A stretch of DNA of 64,000 bases from Macrostomum hystrix (taxonomy: Eukaryota > Animalia > Platyhelminthes). The translations under genes were made by a program, and so were the position numbers. Below, in pieces: positions 12,501 through 23,500 of this stretch (within the stretch, counting starts at the first letter, position 1; the number at the start of each line of letters is the position of its first letter). Below the pieces are notes generated by a model, which saw nothing but the letters and a program-made list of their open reading frames with translations, was not told the origin of the DNA and did no database searches. The stretch is taken from the NCBI GenBank assembly GCA_950097015.1, contig CATNEN010000003.1, positions 13,392,001 through 13,456,000 of the forward strand. The letters run 5' to 3'.

Positions 12501-15500
12501 GAATTGAAGAACCGATGCCAGTCGAACAGGGCTACCTGAGCCTGCGAGCTGTAGCCCAGACGGCTTAGTAGGGCCAAAATTCCATGCAGGGAGAGGCCTC
12601 GGCGTGACAACGCGATCAGAGCCAGCGACTCGGATACCCAATCTTCCCACTCTGCGGATGAGAAGGTTGGCAGGAAAACTAGCCAAAGGTTATAGGCAGT
12701 ACTCACAATGGGTATTTTATAATACCCAACGTTAAAATCAGTAGACTTCGATAATATTTCAAACACTTGTCACCGTTAACAATATATTCGAATAATCAGT
12801 TAGTAGGTATTGGAATTTAAAAAAAAAATAATAATAATTGCAGGCGGGCTGCGCGGGCAATGGCATATCATTTGGTGACACTAGACCCGCAGCCAGCGAG
12901 GAGGCAATTCTGCTCATTTCGCTGACTCCTGAGCACACACGCACATAGATACTGTACACAGGCACACGCTCACACAGGTGTGTACATCTGCCCTGACTTT
13001 CTCATCGTCAGGCAGTGTACACTCTCACTGTGCCTTGGAGGTTGGCCCTCAAGGGCGTAAATTGCACGACAAGCCCCCAAGCCTTCTCTCCGTGGCTGCG
13101 CCCCAAATAAATGTGGCCTCGCCGTGGAATCGAACTCAGGGACCGTGGTGCGAGAGGCAAACGCGTTAACCGCTCTGCCACCGACCCCCCAGATTTTGAG
13201 TATAAAATTATAAATTAACAATTAAGCTTGCAGAAAATTCACGTTGACAGGGACCTCGTTTTAAGAAAATGCTTAGACAAAGCAAAAGGTACGTAGCAAT
13301 TACAGCAGTAAAATCTAAGAAAATGTAAAGCTAATTAATTACTTTGGATGGATTTTAATTAAACTTATTAATTGGCTGGTCAGAATGCAATTGTGAAAAA
13401 AGTTGAGACAAATGATGGCTGCTTTTTTGAGCCGTTTAAGTCGCATAATTTAATATAATTTTGTAACAACCTTTCAATAGAGGGACTCTGGTAACCGTGA
13501 GTTTGTGTGTCGTGAAACGATTAATAAAAAAATAATTGTAATAAAGATTTTAATATGGGACATTTTAAATGTTAATATAAATGGGTAAATGCGAATCAGT
13601 AGGCAAACTTGTCAAATGTAAACCTGAAATCACGTTGCAGATTTTTTATCTGAAACAGGAATAACAATTTGATAGGTTTTTTATATCAAGCCCTGGAGAA
13701 AGGCAATGTACGAATAGGTAAGACAGACATTCTACAGAACATCTCAGTAGTATTTGTCTAGTGCTACTGTTAGTAAAGACATGCTGTTTTCAATATTTTT
13801 AGTAAAAACATCAAAGCTTTGCCTTAAAATTGTTGTCACCTTGAAATTTCCCTAGCTTTCTGCGTTTTCGATGTTTCACTGAAATTTAATTTCGAATATT
13901 TTTTTATTCAGCTCTTCAATAAGTTAGTGTTACTTTCACATCACGTTACTTATAAGTAGAAAGCATTGGTTATGATGTGAAGTTTTCAACAAAAAGTGGC
14001 CCCTACCGTGCTTAATTTGAGATTCCTCCTTCTCAAACAGGCTCTTTTGAGTCTGCTCGCTTTTCTCCATCAGAGTCAGTTTCACCCAGCCGTACTCGGT
14101 GGCCCAACGCCTCAGCAAGTGTAGGAATAGCTGCCTGATGGAGCTGATGTCACCTTCGGATGGACCATGGTGTTTCGTTAGATTTGGCAGTACCAGACTT
14201 TTAAAATAGGAAACTCCTAGACAAAAATGCAAAAAAATATTAATTGAAGGCATTACAAAAGGGCTGTCGGCACTGCACCACATGATTTGGCGACAGTTGA
14301 CCCGCAGCCAGCGAGGAGGCAATTCTGTCCATTCCTCTGACTCCTGAGCACGCACTCACACATGTGTGTACATCTGCCTGGACTTTCTCATTTTCAAGTG
14401 TGTAATTTGCACGACAAGCCCCCAAGCTGTCTGCCTGCATCTGCGCCCCAAATAAATGTGGCCTCGCCGCGGAATCGAGCTAAGGGACCTTGGTACGAAA
14501 GCCGCTCTTCCATTTATTGTCTATGGCCAAGCCACATTTAAAAAGTTAAAAAATAAAACAGTGGTCAATTTTTATACTGATGTCATATGATAATATCAAC
14601 TATATACATAGTGGGAGAGGTGATTAAGTCAAGACAAACTGATTCAGTCCCGAATTCCGGTCAGAAGCAATGCTTTTCTTCCTTCGAATACAGCCTCGTC
14701 TGTTACTTCGATTCCAGCTGAATAATATAATAATAATTGCAGGATGGCTGCGGGCAGTGGCACATTATTTAGTGACACTAGACCCGCAGCCAGCGAGGAG
14801 GCAATTCTGCCCATTTCGACTCCTGAGCACACACGCACACAGATTCTGTACACAGACACGCTCACACAGGTGTGTACATCTGCCCTGAATTTCTCATCGT
14901 CACGAATTGTACATTTCACTGTGCCTTGGAGGTTGGCCCTCAAGGGCGTAATTGCACGACAAGCCCCCAAGCCTTCTCTCCGCGGCTGCGCCCCAAATTA
15001 ATGTGGGCCTCGCCGTGGAATCGAACTTAGGGACCTTGGTGCGAGAGGCAAACGCGATAACCGCTCTGCCACCGACCCCCTATACTGATGTCTTTGAAGT
15101 AGAGAAAGTTGTCAGCCTCACCGATGGCATTAATTAAGGCAGTTCGTTTCTCCTGACTGCAGCAGACAATGTGATACTCGTTAGCCAGCAATGACTGCGC
15201 CAGCGGACAGTTGGGCGCTAGAGGACTTTCGGCGAACGCTTCCCAGAAGTATTCGTCCGGATTCTGGCCGAAATCGGCGCAGAAATTCGACATCATTTCA
15301 ACGCCGCCACCACCGCCGCCGCCGCCGCCAAAACGATAAATTTTCACGTCAGCTCTACGCGACAAACTGGCACAGGTGAGATCTGAGCTTAGAGTGCTGG
15401 CTACAATGCGACAGCCGGGCGGTAGGCGACTTGGTAACCAAGCGAGACGCTTCACCTGAAGTGATGAATTGTTGAGTTTTCTAAGAAACTAGACTATTTT

Positions 15501-17940
15501 GATACACAATAAAATACTTTGCGTCTCCGTTTCAATCAGACAAGTTAATAAAACAGTAACCTCGTCACATCGGCAGCCAATAGAGTCGCCGAAGCAGTCC
15601 AAGCCATCGACCACCAGCAGCATCCTGCCCATTGACAATGCCGCCTCAAATGAGCCAACAACTTCTTGATAGGTGAAGGCCGGATCCAGGGTGAGAAACT
15701 GCGGCTCTGTTGGTTTCATTTTGATATTTTTTATTGAATATTTGGCTAGTAAATTGTGGAAATCGAATTGTATTAAACAGTATCTTTGCAGAATCATTTT
15801 TCCTGAGTTGAGTACACACCAGGTGTACTCCGCTCGATTCCACAGCGAGGCCACATTTATTTGTTGTGCAATTTACATCCTTAAAAGGGCTAAGCTCCAA
15901 GGCACAGTGAGAGTGTACACAGCCTGACGAGGATAAAGTCATGGCATATGCACACACCTGTGCGCGTGTGTGCTCAGGAGTCAGCGGAATGGGCAGAATT
16001 GCCTTCTCGCTGGATGGCTTCGGGTCTAGTGTCACCATATTACGTGACAACGCCAGTAACAAAACCCTCCTGCAAATAAATTGCATTGTTATTTTTTACT
16101 TATTCCTGCAGCTAAACACTGTCCTACTAATTTGTTAAGTAGTGTCTTTGTCACCCTGTAAAGTGGAAAGCAATGCAATGAGAACAACAAGGGAATAATT
16201 TTTTTTTCGATCTAAAACTTGGGTCTGTTCGGTGGTCGGTTTTCATCGAAAGACTCTCGCAATCTGTCGTTGCCTCACTCACCGTGACTGCGCACGTTGA
16301 AGTGTTGATGCACCCGCTGTTTAACCAGCTCCATGAAGTTTACAGCGTCGCAGCTGGCCCTATTGGCTCCCACATAGTAGGGTATCACAAGCGGCTGGCG
16401 TCGTAACCAGGCGGACTCTCCGTCGGGGCCACCGTCCGCTGCAGCGTCGGCTCGAGCAACAGTCTGCGCTTCGGCGAAGTTTCTCAGCCAGTGCGATAAC
16501 AAAGTAGACTTTCCGCTGCCTCTCTCGCCAGCCAGCAGGAATATAGCTGGCGGAGCTGCGTCCTGGTTGTTTCCACCTGTGTGCCTCAGGTGGGTCTTGG
16601 CCATGATTTCGCTGTGGTCGCGTCTGAGAAAAGGTTCTAGTGGGTCAACGGGCGCCATCGCCGGTTTTGATTCGGCGTCGTTGCCATCGGCCACGAATCG
16701 ATCGATTTCGGCGAGGCAGCGGGAGAACTCAGCGCCGATTTGAACACCCTCCAGTCGGAGCTCCTGTTCGATGCGCTGGTCGCGCTCCATGGCATCGAAC
16801 AATGAAATGGCGGGCAGGTCAACGCTGTCCACATAGCGAACACCCAGGTGTTCCTCGAAATCGGTGAGTATGGCCTGCTCCAGCTCATCTGGTGTGGTGA
16901 AGAATTTCATGGGGACGCCTTTGCGAATCAAGCGTTGCTTGAGCTCTTCAACTTTCATCGCGGCGTAGTCGGATTCCACCTGAAATCCAGAGTGAGTTTT
17001 CGTAAATCAGAACCAGAGCTTCTTTAGGAGTTTTAGGACTCTTTAGGATTATCTGACTGACGTTATCCAAACCTGTAAAAATACATCGTGAAAAATTCAG
17101 TTTCACCTTGAATTGTCGCAGCATGCGTTCTCGCTCGGCTTCGCTCAGGTGTCTGTACAGAGAGTCCTGGTGCGCGGCGGAGCGGACGTACACAAAGCAG
17201 TGCTTGCAGGCTTTGAGAAACACGGCCAAAGTGGTTTGCAGGTCGTTAACGCTGCTGTTTGTGTAGGCCTCGTTGAGCAGCCAGGTGTAACTAAGCAATA
17301 ATTTGTTAATATACTTTCGTCAAATTGAAATACTTTCGTCATCTAAGAACTTGATCCAGATCACTTTGTCAATCAACACTAAGGTACATTACCCATTTTC
17401 GGCGGCCTTTTTCAAGCTAGCCTTGAGCCACTCGTTTTGCTGCTCCGTCGTGTTGCTAGGCGACGATCCGGCAAAGCTGGCCAACGATTTCCGTCGATGC
17501 TGTTTACGGAAGTCGGTGAAAGAACCGCGGCGGGACATTCTGCGACTTCCAAGGCCGCTGAAGCCGCCGCCGCCGCCGCCCAGACCTCCGCCTCCGCCTC
17601 CTAGCATGAACGGATGCAGAAAAACTTCGCGTTCGACATCCTCATCATTGTTGTCAACTTTTGGCGGCGGCGGTACGTGCAGGCCGTACTTTTCGCCGAT
17701 TAGGCAAATAAAATAGGGCGAGCAGCGCTTCACTGCGTCGAGCGAGATTTGCACAAGATCGTCCGACTCCAGCTGGTCCTCAGTGAGGCCGCGGTAAAGA
17801 TCCACTGGGAAGAATCTTCGACTCTTTAGCTGACACAGTTTGTCCAGCTTCTTGGCAATGACGGTGTGAAAATATTCGCGCTCGTTCTCAAAGTCCATTG
17901 TGGACACGAGCAATGGTTCGATGGCAATGTGGCTGGCCAT
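3578..17940 (-). CDS. TTC41: TTC41-like protein: DUF4062 (NPHP3-N-like) + STAND/NACHT-like P-loop NTPase + TPR repeats, about 15 exons
   Basis: Phase-consistent GT-AG exons: 17940-17393, 17290-17107, 16979-16283, 15706-15561, 15455-15122, 14216-14007, 12651-12222, 10562-10250, 7827-7720, 7443-7246, 6688-6256, 5782-5644, 4730-4531, 4438-~4150 (donor uncertain), 3879-3578. Motifs: STMDFENEREYF...CSPYFICLIGEKYG (DUF4062), Walker A GERGSGKS, Walker B LLVVDGLD, WLPSRLPPGCRIVAST, LRRWATEYGW, WVSESLALIALSRRGL, and TPRs such as GNYDQAARLLDKAYKLYHRWYGLNHLLVADTLLELG. TTC41 similarity is recalled, not searched. Confidence 0.8.
4970..5525. repeat. Three dispersed ~70-bp local repeats in a TTC41 intron
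   Basis: aattagaa(ag)caggaacaat...aggctg...aaaa...gaagagggc recurs at about 4972, 5273 and 5453. Confidence 0.6.
5075..5247 (-). mobile_element. SINE family A, 3' half
   Basis: Matches the 3' part of the full copies (cagatgtacacacctgtg...gcctcctcgctggctgcgggtctagtgtcacc...cccgcagccctcctgcaatta). Confidence 0.85.
6711..7078 (+). mobile_element. tRNA-derived SINE family A
   Basis: Degenerate A box, B-box-like agctcgattcc, the full body and an AT-rich tail. Confidence 0.85.
8134..9511 (+). CDS. Class A (rhodopsin-like, peptide-receptor type) GPCR nested antisense in a TTC41 intron; exons 8134-8598 and 8987-9511
   Basis: TM1 LLTNLITILVM, TM2 MAIAD, C-K at the TM3 start (WCKLLYY), SNWTILVLS, PF in ICL2, ECL2 cysteine, TM5 VLP, TM6 HTPY, TM7 NFLAY followed by FR. 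Phase-0 intron AAG|gtggaa...tccag|GTC joins the two ORFs in frame. Confidence 0.8.
8635..8914 (+). mobile_element. SINE family A inside the GPCR intron (3' portion deleted)
   Basis: gggggtgagtggccgagcggtc (A box) ... agctcgattcct (B box), followed by the shared body. Confidence 0.85.
10750..11692. repeat. 21-bp minisatellite (atgtatgctacaccctcgata), intronic
   Basis: About 45 tandem units, with a variant block (catgccacccctcgataa) at the right end. Confidence 0.97.
12826..13190 (-). mobile_element. SINE family A, full length
   Basis: Head gggggtcggtggcagagcggttaacgcg...gagttcgattcc carries intact Pol III A and B boxes; (TAT)n tail. Confidence 0.9.
14285..14500 (-). mobile_element. SINE family A, internally deleted copy
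   Basis: B box plus segments of the body. Confidence 0.8.
14725..15080 (-). mobile_element. SINE family A, full length, with possible 3' transduction extending to 14585
   Basis: A and B boxes plus the body. The direct repeat tatactgatgtc occurs at 14573-14584 and 15081-15092. Confidence 0.9.
15828..16075 (+). mobile_element. SINE family A, degenerate
   Basis: gctcgattccacagcgaggccaca...gtgtacacagcctgacga...gggtctagtgtcacc. Confidence 0.8.
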
Positions 17941-20099
17941 CTGAAGAAAATATTACAAATTACTCTGTGACAAAGAAACGCATCGTTAAAATATATACTT
18001 AATGTCCTGTGTAGCTTATTTATCTTGTAGCAAGGTAAAGTGTCCTAGTATAAATCATGAACCTCAATTTACTCCTTTCTTATTGTAATTTACTCGATTG
18101 TTTTTGTTAACTACGTCTGAACTATTTATAAAGAAAATATATAATATAAACTCTTTCTAGAACTTCACTCTAAGTTTTCCTAATTTATGGAGATAATACC
18201 AATACAGCATCAGCAAGATTGTCTGTTATATTCGATGCTTTGGATTTTCTTGAAACTCTAAAAGCCAAAGCACGATTATTGACGATAACGTGCTTAAGTA
18301 AGGAATAGCTAAGGAATGATTTTAAGCAATTTATTGTAGTAAACTGATTAGACAGACATATTGAACTTTGACACCTCCAGAAGAATATGAAATATTTAAC
18401 TAGATTTGGCCTCGTATAAATAAAATTGCAACGTTTTATTCAGAATACTTATCACTTAACACGTAAAAATACATAGGATTTATAATAGCACATGAATTTG
18501 AGGCGTCAAAATTTGTCTTTTTACAATTTGTGGCAGCATATTAAGATTTGTGGTTCAATTTTTTCTAGCTTCACTATTCTTCTGAGTTATGTATCAATAA
18601 TATTTCAGCTTGTTAAAAAAGACGATACTTTAGTATGTCAAATTTTGACAAGTTTACACCAGTTACACATATAAACAAAGCAGCTTTCTATAGCGTGCAC
18701 TCTGGTAGTTTAAAGATGCTTTATTGCAACCAGGAAAAAACATAAAAACAAAAGTAAAAGTTTTATTGTCTACTCATTAACACGGTAATAAATTGTGCCG
18801 GTCTCATCAATCAAGGAAAATCAAATAACGAAAGGTTGGGTGCTTCTTCCAGCTTAGTGATTTGATAAGCTCTACTAACATACAACTCCTGGTCACCGGG
18901 TGGTGATGGCTATAGCCCTTTTGATCTAAGCTACACAAATCTAACTACACAAGTGTGCATCTACAGTTACCTATTCCCAGTCCAACAAGGGTTTCCAGAT
19001 CTTGGACCAAAATCTTTGTTCCAAATTTTTCTAGTGTAGGATGTCAGAGAAACACTAGGCAGAAATAAATTCACAATAGGCAATAATTGACCAATTAAGA
19101 TTTTAAACAGCTTCACATTTCTAGCTTAGAATGTATTTATTTAATTGAATTTATTTGAATTTATACATTTATTTATTTAATTCTATATATTTTGTACTAA
19201 GGTACATTTTCCTGAGCTTAGTTCTGAAATGAAATTGCGCAATATTCTTTATTGGCACAATTTCAGAGAAAAGGCTTCTGGGCTTGTTCTGTTTCTGCTA
19301 TTGAAGCCAACTCCAAAGGCCAGAGAGTGATAGTGTACAGTGCCTGACATGGTTGTATCTGTTTTATTAGATAAGAAAGTATATTTTCAAGATGCAAATA
19401 TAAATTTCAATAATTTTCAAATGCTATAGAATTTTTATTTCAATTTTAACATTTTAACTTTATTCCAGGCAACAACCATATACCTCTTGTAATCAGTAAG
19501 AGATAATTTATCTCAAAGTAAAATTAATCTCAAAGCCTTTCACTCCATTTGACTGGCCTAGTGAAGCAAATGGACTTTTTTCTACAAGGCAGGGTAAGTT
19601 GATTGTCCTCTTAACAGTTTTTATATAAAATATTGCAGTTAAGTTTACAGAAAAATATTTAACATTCAACATAAAAAATAATGACATACATTTTAGAAAA
19701 TTTCTGAATAATAATTAAACAGCTTTAAAATGTAAGGAATTGCTTAATTGTGTACATTAATGGTTAAGGGTCACTTGTTTTTTAAATTAAAGTAAGATAA
19801 AAAAACAAATAGTGAAAATTTTTATTTGTGATTTTTTACATGAATTGGTTTCTATTAGCTATACAAAACTATTTGTGTGCAATTTATACAGACCAATTAT
19901 TATAAAAAATTATTACTTTTTCTAACCCTAGAAATGTATGAAGTATTACAAGGAAGTGCTGGTTTAGTGGTAAAGGTTGTGTTGTTTACTTTCTGTGATG
20001 CAATCAGAATATTCACTTATTTATGTAATGAGTGTATTTAAAAGTTTTCAGTACAAAAATAAAATAGGTTTCTGAGCTGGAAAAACTTAACTTGGTAGA

Positions 20100-20517
20100 G
20101 ATGAGACACATAAGATATGAGAGAGGCGACTAATGAGAGACAAGACTAAAGAGAGATTAGACTAATGCGATATCAGACTGATTAGAGATGAGACTAATGA
20201 GAGATGAGACTGATTAGAGATGAGAATAATGGGAGATAAGACTGATTAGAGATGAGACTAATGAGATATCAGACTTATTAGAGATAAGACTAATGAGAGA
20301 TCAGACTAATGAGAGATTAGACTAAAGAGAGATTAGACTAATGAGAGATTAGACTAATGAGAGATTAGACTAATGAGAGATTAGACTAATGAGAGATTAG
20401 ACTAATGAGAGATTAGACTAATGAGCGATGAGACTAATGAGAGATCAGACTGATTAGAGATGAGACAAGGAGAGATTAGAATAACGATAGATGAGACAAG
20501 GAATCGAGAGATGAGAC
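20100..20517. repeat. ~16-bp minisatellite (gagattagactaatga), related to the reverse complement of the tgtctcatctc family
   Basis: Tandem units directly upstream of the RUN-domain gene start. Confidence 0.9.
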
Positions 20518-20574
20518 ATGGTACACACTTTTGCTCAAATAAATAGCGAACGAAACAAAACATTATTCGCTCAG

Positions 20575-23500
20575 ATGTGCGAAAGTGCTTTCGCCGCTTT
20601 TGGAGGCAACAGCAGCGGCCGCGACAGCAGCTCAAGTATTCCTATTCATCAGCATTACGAGCAACAGCAGCAGCAGCAGAATCATTGGCGACTTGGAATC
20701 TTGGGCGCAGGCGGTCGTAATGGAACAGATTTTAGCGGCGAAGTTCTAGGAGGAGTCGGGTACAACAATGGCGGTGACGGCTGTAGCGGTCTAATGCTAG
20801 ACTCAGCCGCTCAGGAGCTTGCCTTCGACGAAGACTTCATGCAACCGTTTGAACCATTGGCTTGTGAGTTTGCTATTGTGGATGTTTTCTATACGGCTCG
20901 GGGGTTAATGCTTGCGTTCAATAATATTTTTATGCTGGGGGTCAATGACTTCTTTGGTGTATTTTATTGCGGGTCAACGACCTCTGTAGTGTATTTTATT
21001 GGGTGTCAGTGACCTCTGTAGTGTATTTTATTGGGGGTCAGTGACCTCTGTAGTGTATTTTATTGGGGGTCAATGACCCCTTTAGTGTGTTTTTTGGGGG
21101 TCAATGACTTCTGTAGTGAAATTTAATTAGGGGTCAATGACCTCTGTAGTGTATTTTTGGGGGTCAATGACTTCTGTAGTGTATTTTATTGGGGGTCAGT
21201 GACTTCTGTAGTGTATTTTATTGGGGTCAGTGACTTCTTTGGTGTATTTTATTGGGGGTCAATGACCTCTGTAGTGTATTTTATTGGGGTCAATGACCTC
21301 TGTGGTGTATTTTATTGGGGTCAATGACTTCTGTAGTGTATTTTATTGGGGTCAGTGACTTCTTTGGTGTATTTTATTGGGGGTCAATGACCTCTGTAGT
21401 GTATTTTATTGGGGGTCAATGACTTCTGTAGTGAAATTTAATTGGGGGTCAGTGACCTCTGTAGTGTATTTTATTGGGGGTCAGTGACCTCTGTAGTGTA
21501 TTTTATTGGGGGTCAGTGACCTCTGTAGTGTATTTTATTGGGGGTCAATGACCCCTTTAGTGTGTTTTTGGGGGTCAATGACTTCTGTAGTGAAATTTAA
21601 TTAGGGGTCAATGACCTCTGTTAGTGTATTTTTGGGGGTCAATGACTTCTGTAGTGTATTTTATTGGGGGTCAGTGACTTCTGTAGTGTATTTGATTGGG
21701 GTCAGTGACTTCTTTGGTGTATTTTATTGGGGTCAATGACCTCTGTAGTGTATTTTATTGGGGGTCAGTGACCTCTGTAGTGTATTTTATTGGGGGTCAA
21801 TGACCCCTGTAGTGTGTTTTTTGGGGGTCAATGACTTCTGTAGTGAAATTTAATTAGGGGTCAATGACCTCTGTAGTGTATTTTTGGGGGTCAATGACTT
21901 CTGTAGTGTATTTTATTGGGGGTCAGTGACTTCTGTAGTGTATTTTATTGGGGTCAGTGACTTCTTTGGTGTATTTTATTGGGGTCAATGACCTCTGTGG
22001 TGTATTTTATTGGGGGTCAGTGACTTCTGTAGTGTATTTTATTGGGGTCAGTGACTTCTTTGGTGTATTTTATTGGGGTCAATGACCTCTGTGGTGTATT
22101 TTATTGGGGTCAATGACTTCTGTAGTGTATTTTATTGGGGTCAGTGACTTCTTTGGTGTATTTTATTGGGGGTCAATGACCTCTGTAGTGTATTTTATTG
22201 GGGGTCAATGACTTCTGTAGTGAAATTTAATTGGGGGTCAGTGACCTCTGTAGTGTATTTTATTGGGGGTCAGTGACCTCTGTAGTGTATTTTATTGGGG
22301 GTCAGTGACCTCTGTAGTGTATTTTATTGGGGGTCAATGACCCCTTTAGTGTGTTTTTGGGGGTCAATGACTTCTGTAGTGAAATTTAATTAGGGGTCAA
22401 TGACCTCTGTTAGTGTATTTTTGGGGGTCAATGACTTCTGTAGTGTATTTTATTGGGGGTCAGTGACTTCTGTAGTGTATTTGATTGGGGTCAGTGACTT
22501 CTTTGGTGTATTTTATTGGGGTCAATGACCTCTGTAGTGTATTTTATTGGGGGTCAGTGACCTCTGTAGTGTATTTTATTGGGGGTCAATGACCCCTGTA
22601 GTGTGTTTTTTGGGGGTCAATGACTTCTGTAGTGAAATTTAATTAGGGGTCAATGACCTCTGTAGTGTATTTTTGGGGGTCAATGACTTCTGTAGTGTAT
22701 TTTATTGGGGGTCAGTGACTTCTGTAGTGTATTTTATTGGGGGTCAGTGACTTCTGTAGTGTATTTTATTGGGGTCAGTGACTTCTTTGGTGTATTTTAT
22801 TGGGGGTCAGTGACTTCTGTAGTGTATTTTATTGGGGGTCAGTGACTTCTGTAGTGTATTTTATTGGGGGTCAATGACTTCTGTAGTGTTTTATGGTTGG
22901 GGTCAATAACTGCTATCCAATTTTGTGTTGTGGTCAGACCTAACGATGGTTTTCACATTTACTTATTCAATATTAAGAGCAGATTAATTCTCATATATAA
23001 TAATTGAATTATGAGGGAGTCTCTAGGGGTAATATAAATGCAAACAAAATTAATAATCCTTCTAGTTACTATTTATAATGTGAGTGACACATTCTGTATT
23101 CAAGCTATATATCCGCCACTCTAACACTTTCCCTAATCTTTGCTATACATATTCCTCTTGAATTTTCCAAAATATTTCCAAGCCTTCGCCGTACTCTTAG
23201 GAAGAGAAACTCACAAAAAAACTGAGTGCTTTCACTAAGCGCGATCAGTTTTAACACTGACAGTGTTATTAATGCTCTACTTACTGTTCCGTATCCTAAC
23301 TATTACAATAATATGCGCCGAGAACCGTTTGCTCAACTCGAGACCAAAGAGATTAAAAAAAAAGATCGATTTTTTTTTTACTAGAAACGCTAAGGTTGAT
23401 ATATTCTGTAGCAGTGAAACTACTGTTGCACTTTATAATTATTGAGCCACTAAAAATCGCTGTAAATTTTTAAATCTGCTCCTTTGGATGAATTATTGTT

